This document shows positions 57,234-64,000 of a stretch of 64,000 nt of DNA, piece by piece. How positions within the stretch are numbered: the stretch's first letter is position 1; every line of letters starts with the position of its first letter. The DNA comes from Gordius albopunctatus (Eukaryota). The notes under the pieces are model-generated. The model was not told where the DNA came from and ran no database searches. It saw only the letters and a program-made list of their open reading frames with translations. Both the position numbers and the translations under genes were made by a program. The stretch spans positions 11,098,001-11,162,000 of the forward strand of contig OZ193909.1 of NCBI GenBank assembly GCA_964276515.1, read 5' to 3'.

Positions 57234-58720
57234 TGTAACTTCTTAGTGATAGTTACTTTGTTTTATTCAAACGCCGATATTATATAACTTACAAGACTCT
57301 TTATGTTGTTTACACAGTGCGTTTTATATATACATTAAAATACATAATCATCATTATTGGAAAAATCGATAATGTTCATGGAAGATTTAATTCATCGATG
57401 CGCTTCCATGAAGATCGATTATTTTCTGGGAAGGCCTTGACGTCACTACAGATACTCTCTTCCCAGATACATTGATAATGTATCGATTAAAAGGGGGGAA
57501 AATGTGAATTATGTGAAATATTCGCGAAGTTTTCTCGGCCAATAAACCTATCTGCCCTTACGTGTCACTTTCTGTGAATTTTTAACCTCTATAGTTGTTT
57601 CTGCTGATTGATTTTGTGTTTGATCGGCGAGAAAAAAATTTGTGCAGTCGGAAGGTGAAGAAAGTAGGTTTTTGTGCAGGGTCGTTTTTTGTGAAGGAAA
57701 GTGTTTCCGATAGGTGGTGTCTAATTTGTTATTTCGTTACAGTAACTTCGGTTGTTGTAAAAAAATTGAATTTAATGGTGATTAATTTGTAAAATTTTGC
57801 AAAATATAATATCGCTTTTGTTTACGAACCAACTGATAAAAGTGTGTCAGTGTTGTATGTTTTAGGGAAGCTCGTCTGTCGGAAAGTTACATTGTATACT
57901 GTCATGCAAGCAGATGTAACGGTTGTTTACCGGTGGCGAAATGCCTATGACGATAACCCAGATTGTTTGACATCAGTAATTGATTCGGTGGTAGTAGTAG
58001 CAATGAATTGCAAATCACCTAGTTTTTCTATATCTCTTCGTCCACATCCGCGGAGAGGGATACCAATAAATAGGCATAATTTACTTTTTGGGATTTTATC
58101 CTTCTTGTTGTAAAAAGAGCGTCTATTTGGGATATCCATATTTGAATATTCCTCGAGTGGAATTCAGGAAGGTTTATGTATACAGATAATTCCTGTTTTA
58201 CAGTTTCCACAGGTGGGATATTGTTGTCCGAAATGGATGGGTCGGTGGTGAGAGATAGCAAGTCTTGTGTTTCCATTTAATTGCCAGGTATGTCCTAATT
58301 GTCCTGAATAAGTTCCTTGGTGGCGTGATGATTCCACTTGTTGTACTGCATAGTTGTGTGAATAGGGATTTTAACGAATAATTTGTGACGTTTTATATGC
58401 GATCCCCTAAGTGCCGAAAATATTACCAAAAGGTAGTGCTCGAGGGGGTGGGTTGGTGGATATTTAAAAAATTTTGGCCCCCTTCCTAAGGGGTCACCAA
58501 TTGTAACGTTCTTAGTGATAGTTACTTTGTTTTATTCAAACGCCGATATTATATAACTTACAAGACTCTTTATGTTGTTTACACAGTGCGTTTTATATAT
58601 ACATTAAAATACATAATCATCATTATTGGAAAAAATTGATAATGTTCATGGAAGATTTAATTCATCGATGCGCTTCCATGAAGATCGATTATTTTCTGGG
58701 AAGGCCTTGACCTCACTACA
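57234..58720 (-). mobile_element. Non-autonomous gypsy-type LTR element, 1.49 kb, inside the Helitron
   Basis: LTRs 57234-57450 and 58502-58720 (TG...CA); 4-bp TSD CCTT; PBS TGGTGACCCC (58490-58499); PPT GGGAAGAGAG; gag N-terminus LPEFHSRNIQIWISQIDALF (58028-58276). Confidence 0.92.
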
Positions 58721-60867
58721 CCTTTAACAGAGAACGCGTCTTTTTTATATTATAAAATTTTTGATGTTCTACGGTTTTTAATTATTTGGTTGTAACAGAT
58801 ATATATATAATGTAAAAAATAACCCAAAGGTGAATAAAAATAGTGAAATATGTGACAAAAGATTAGTAGAAAAACATTTAAAACTATGAACACAACTCTA
58901 ACATAAAATAATAATCGAGATAAGCGTTGTAGCTGACGTCCGCTAGATGGCGCCAACCAAATTAAAAAACATGGTTCCCGCTGTCGTAGTGTGATAAAAA
59001 GTGTTTACAAACCATCTACAATGCTAAGGCAATAATCTGGCCAAATTTGGTGGCAATCGGTTGAGAACTTCAAAAGTTATTAGCGCACAAAAAACGGGAC
59101 TTAGATTTATATATATATAGATTTGTGGTATATGGCCATTACCTATAATCCCGAATCCTATCATTTTTTACATTTATATTAAAGCCAGTGCCTAATATAG
59201 AGACATTTTTTGACCCTTTTTTATATATTTTGTCCGATAAATACACTACATGCACGAATGAGCGTAGTTTTTAACGCTTGAGATAAAATATAGGAAGTAT
59301 TATATCATATCAATAAAATTGCCATTTGGGCCTTGAGTTCAAAGAAATTTATATATATATGACGATATCTAGTAGCGATTTTTTACATAAAATCCGATTT
59401 TTTATATTTTATACAAAACGGTTTAAAAAATTGTAAAATACCCCTTTCCCTATTAATAGAATCATGGCTAAGCGCCTGTCTCGCGGCTCATAAATTTATT
59501 ACGAAGTCCACGGTATGAAGATCCAACAAAAAATATTTTAAAGATAATTATGTGAAAATCATGTCTTATTGAGTCGACACTACCATAAAAGCACAAATAA
59601 TTGAGAACTTGTCCATAAAATCTACTAACAATAGGTTAACTAAGTCACTCACTTGACAAACTGCATGTGCTTCTAGGTCAACCTGAAATATTCATAGACC
59701 GTAGATTAAGGGTTATAAAATTGTAGTTGGCGCTTGCTACATTTGTTATCAAGCACTTCTTGAAGAAAGTTTCATTAATGCTTTAAATGTGAAATCCAAG
59801 TTGGACCAAATAATATGTAAAAATTGACCATCGATTTAATAATTTTTTATATTTTTAAAATAAACATCGCTAGCTGAGAATTGGAGTAATCTATCTGCAA
59901 CTTATTTTCACCATCTGCTATCAATTCTTTTTAGAATTGATGCACTATCTGCATTACCCAATCGCAAGCTCTTATTTAAACACGTGTATAAATCGTATTC
60001 GCATTATATCTCTACAATTACTTTATAACTGTGGTATGTCAAACAATAATAAAATAAGAACCGTTTTGGATGATGATGATAGGCAACATTAATATAAAAA
60101 ATATAGCCCTAACTTTTACAAGTTTTTTAAGGTCATAAATCTGAAAATCGTTAATGTTGGTTGCAATCAGCCAAAATCCAATTGGTACATTTTGGAAATA
60201 CAATGATTAGTACTAATTACATAGGTCTACAAATATTGACTTAGTAATTCCACCCCGCGATCAGACCTATAATTCTAATAAAGAATTTTGCGCTGAATAA
60301 TAATCTGTTTATAACTTTTTCCTAAACTTCCAGTTTTTTAAATAAACAAGTTGAAGGTGCAAAAAATGCCCATTTTAACCCTCTTTGAGGCCATATTGCC
60401 ACGGCATTTATAACTTATACCGAAAAATATCAATTTATTCCTGTAGATTAAGGTTTCATCTATAGTTCTATTATTTTAATTTTTGTTTCACCTCGATATT
60501 TAAATTTCTTTGCGTTTACGTGAACGGAAAATGGAGTACATACGCAATAAACACATCACCCCATCCCTTTCTATTCCACTCACGTTCCCATATCTAGCTA
60601 TGCACACATGAAGGGTATACATTTTAAACTTTGAACTCAATTTTGATAGAGGATTATGCAAAATTCACCTATCTTGAGTTTCGATTAAGTATATTTTTTG
60701 ATACAAGATAGGTATCCTAGAGACCCATGTCAGGGAGTACTTTATTTTAAAGACCTATAAATTGAGTTTTGTTCAATAATTTTTCTAAATATCATTTTTT
60801 GGAAAAACTTTAAGTAATGGCGATCTAAAAAGAAAAATTGAGTTCTCACATTGAAATTCTGTCGCAC

Positions 60868-61040
60868 TAGTGTTGTAAAAACGACTGGGCTTAATTTGGC
60901 CGACCTTTGGTTTTAGTCGACTAAACATAAGTAAACCAAAGGTTTTTCGGTCTCTATATTATGTTTAGTCAAGGTGGACCAAGGAAAAAAGAGCCAAAAA
61001 CCTTTGGTCTGTTTCTGACCCAGGCGTTTTTACAACACTA
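60868..61040. mobile_element. hAT MITE (TAGTGT family)
   Basis: TIR tagtgttgtaaaaacg / cgtttttacaacacta; TSD TGTCGCAC. Confidence 0.9.
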
Positions 61041-61259
61041 TGTCGCACCAATGCCAATATGAAAGAGTGGGCACAGGCGCACCCGGATGCTGACACTAGA
61101 GTCAAGTTTTGCAGCATCAGACTTAATAATGCTTTTAGATTTGAACAAATCTGAATGCGATAATAGGTACATCATATGAGTTAGACAAATATAAATATTT
61201 ATAATAGAATAGTAAAACCCATCTTAATTTAACATTTTTTTGCTTTACTATAAACTTCT

Positions 61260-61540
61260 CAGGCGCGTAGCCAGGATTTTCTCAAGGGGGAAGAAAAATT
61301 CAAAAAAATTTTCGACACTTTTATTTATACTGTAACAAAAGTAAACTTCTCTTACAATGCATATGCGAAACTTCAAGGCGCTATATAACCAACTTTGGAA
61401 AAATCTCTTCTCTTCATTAATCAGAGCATTTACTATCGCTTTTATACCTTAAAAAAGGACATGGGCCTTCAAAAAAATATTCAAATTTTGGTCAAGGGGG
61501 CAGAAAATTCCCGCTTTCTGCCCCCTTGGCTACGCGCCTG
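61260..61540. mobile_element. hAT MITE
   Basis: TIR caggcgcgtagcca / tggctacgcgcctg; TSD AAACTTCT. Confidence 0.9.
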
Positions 61541-61885
61541 AAACTTCTTATAGATGTAAACATCTAACAAATTTGGAAAACTTTACCATACACATATTGT
61601 TAGAAAATTATAACTTGACATGCCATCGCCTACATCTCTGCCTACCAAAATTTTAATCGCTTAATTTGAGAATCACTAATTAAGAATAGGTTTTTACTAT
61701 AATCCTTCTAGTAAAAAATATATTAATTATTAAGGCAAAGTATAACTTTTCAGGCACAGCGGTTCTCATTAGAACCCAATACGTATTAAATACCCTTAAT
61801 AACCCAAATTAAAGACAGCCGAGTTAATTTTTTCACGCTGAATACAATAATAATGTCAAATCGCGCACTTATATGGAACAATAAT

Positions 61886-63454
61886 CTAAATTTTTTTAAT
61901 AATTTGTATAACATCTTCGTCGTACAGCTCGTGTTCGCGCCCCACTTTTTGGGGATTATGCTTTACGGAACTACCCCACACCAGAGCGTGCTTGAAGTGG
62001 GCCAAGATGGTTTTGTGGATGGCGTTACAAAAAGCCTCGACAGTACTATTGCTATGCTTTAGGATGACGGGAGAATCGTAATCGGGCACACGACCTTTGG
62101 GTTTGGTGTAAACTCGAATGAGATTCATGTAATCCCACATGCTTTCCAGCAACTCGTCGAAGTTCCAACGGAGGTGGGCCGAGATGGGGACGCAATGGGG
62201 AAGTGAAGATATCACATTCAATTCCTCCACCGATATCTCGTCTATTTTGTTGAGCACGTACAAGCAGGGTATGTACACGCGATTCCCTTCAACCACGTCT
62301 ATCAAGTCGTCCGCCGTGGCGTCTCCTTTAATCAGGATGTCCGCATTGTGGATCTTGTATTCGGAAAGGATGCTCCGTACGCTATCTAAGTCGAGTTCGG
62401 ATTGACACGCGCCAGACATGTTGAGATTTATTCCCCCCTTATCCTTCTTCTTAAACACTATCGAGGGTCGGGGCTTGTTGAGCCTTATACCAAAACCTTC
62501 GAGTTCCTTCTCCAACAACGTCTTGTGCTTCAGCGGTTTCATCACGTCCAATACCTAACATCGAGAAAAATAAAGGTTTCAGCTGGTCGGTCAAAAGTAA
62601 CGATTACATTTTTGGCGATTGTATATGTATAAAAATTTAGGTCAACAATCAAAGAAGTGTGTAAGGACCGATATGCTATAATACCTCACAAGCAACAAAC
62701 TAGATTGTTCTAACTCTTAAATTTTTTGTCGCGCTTGTGATTTACCATGAGGATGAGATCACAAGTCCTGGCCACGGCTATAACTTGTCGCCCTCGACCT
62801 TTCCCATCTTTAGCACCCTCTATGATACCTGGTAAATCTAGCAACTGAATCCTTGCTCCTTTGTACTTAACAACCCCGGGCACAGTAGTGAGCGTTGTAA
62901 ATTCGTAAGCTGCAACTTCAGAGTATACACCGGCCAAGTTCGAGAGAAGGGTACTTTTACCTAGTGTTGGAAAACGGTTAAGAAAGCTAAACTAAAATAA
63001 TGGCTATTTTATGCATACTTAAATTTATCATTTATTTTGTTCTACGGGGTTATAATTAAAGATCTATGTTGGAACTTGGAACTATATGACTTGACTAAAT
63101 AAGCTGCTATTTAAGCCACAGTATGAAATAATGAACTAAACCATGATGATAAAACAAAAATCAATCATAATTGTATTAAAGCTATATATAATAGGCAAAA
63201 CTAAGAACAAATTGTATTATACAACACTTACCAACTGAAGGAAATCCAACAAACCCTACACGAGAATCTCCAGTTTTGGCCACATCAAATCCCTCCCCAG
63301 TTCCACCTCCACTGCCACCTTTAGGAGTAATAAGCTCTCTGCGCAACTTGGCCAATCGAGCCTTTAATAAACCTAAATGAGCCATGGTTGCTTTGTTACG
63401 TTGTGTACGTGCCATTTCCGCCTCTATCTCAGCTATTCTTTCCAACACACCCAT
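61886..63454 (-). CDS. DRG1: Developmentally regulated GTP-binding protein 1; exons 63232-63454, 62746-62960, 61886-62554
   Basis: [17 protein letters not shown]...[42 protein letters not shown] domain ending [10 protein letters not shown]. Confidence 0.95.
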
Positions 63455-63511
63455 TGCCTGCAAATGGTGATAAAATTGCAAAATGCTTATGCAAATTGAT
63501 ACACATTTTAA

Positions 63512-63575
63512 ATTGCTAATACTATTTAATCTATTTTATCATCATTGCTAATACTATTTAATCTATTTTATCATC
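63512..63575. repeat. Exact 32-bp tandem duplication
   Basis: attgctaatactatttaatctattttatcatc x2, upstream of the DRG1 ATG. Confidence 0.85.
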
Positions 63576-64000
63576 AAAGCAGTAATGTTAAAGTCACATA
63601 TATATATATAATAAAATGTTTTCCCATGAATGCATTTTAATTGTAAAGGTAGACAGGGTAGGAAGGAAAACGGGACAACTACACTTTTCTATATTGTTAT
63701 AAACCTTCCAACAATCAACAACTTAGAAATTGTAAATTAACCTATGGTTTTATATTATTAGCCTTAAATTTTTAACTTTTACCTTTAAAATACAAAACTA
63801 CATTAAAAGCTTAGGTCTATTTGTGCCCATTTTAATAGAAAAAATTTACTCCGTGAAAATAAAAGAAATAAATATTGCAGATATTGACCAATATGTTAAT
63901 GCCTTAATTAATGTAAAGGCCCTATTTAATGCATAAATTTGTTAGACATAAAGTTTAATATGAAAGAAATATTTATGTTATAAACGTAATAGAAGCTCTT

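Larger units (their letters stand above)
52160..59121 (-). mobile_element. Full-length Helitron
   Basis: Minus strand A|TCTATATATAT at 59121; 3' hairpin GCCAAAGCAACGCTTGGC then CTAG|T at 52160; contains RepHel. Confidence 0.92.

Noticed and set aside
59460..60030. Possible gene or transposase remnant
   Set aside because: Short frames with stops and no recognisable motif

Overview
AT-rich eukaryotic (metazoan, probably invertebrate) genomic DNA, not prokaryotic. It holds four intron-containing housekeeping genes that I reconstructed by eye from GT-AG boundaries: DCAF1/VprBP (+, 16211-25703), cytoplasmic tyrosyl-tRNA synthetase with an EMAP-II domain (-, 29410-35867), mitochondrial trifunctional enzyme beta subunit HADHB (+, 43067-51058) and DRG1 (-, 61886-63454). 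There is also one intronless orphan ORF of about 480 aa. The rest is dense, often nested transposon sequence: Ty3/gypsy fragments, a pogo-like element, RTE-like LINE remnants, many hAT MITEs with 8-bp TSDs, and a complete but decayed Helitron that carries a 1.5-kb LTR element. Two Helentron/DINE-1-like elements also occur and carry a tRNA-like module. The most notable observations are that tRNA-like module, a LINE inserted at the CCA end of a tRNA-Leu-like fragment just upstream of the TyrRS start, very short introns with frequent AAG acceptors, and a strong 5'-to-3' CpG gradient within genes. All calls are from manual reading; no database search was run.
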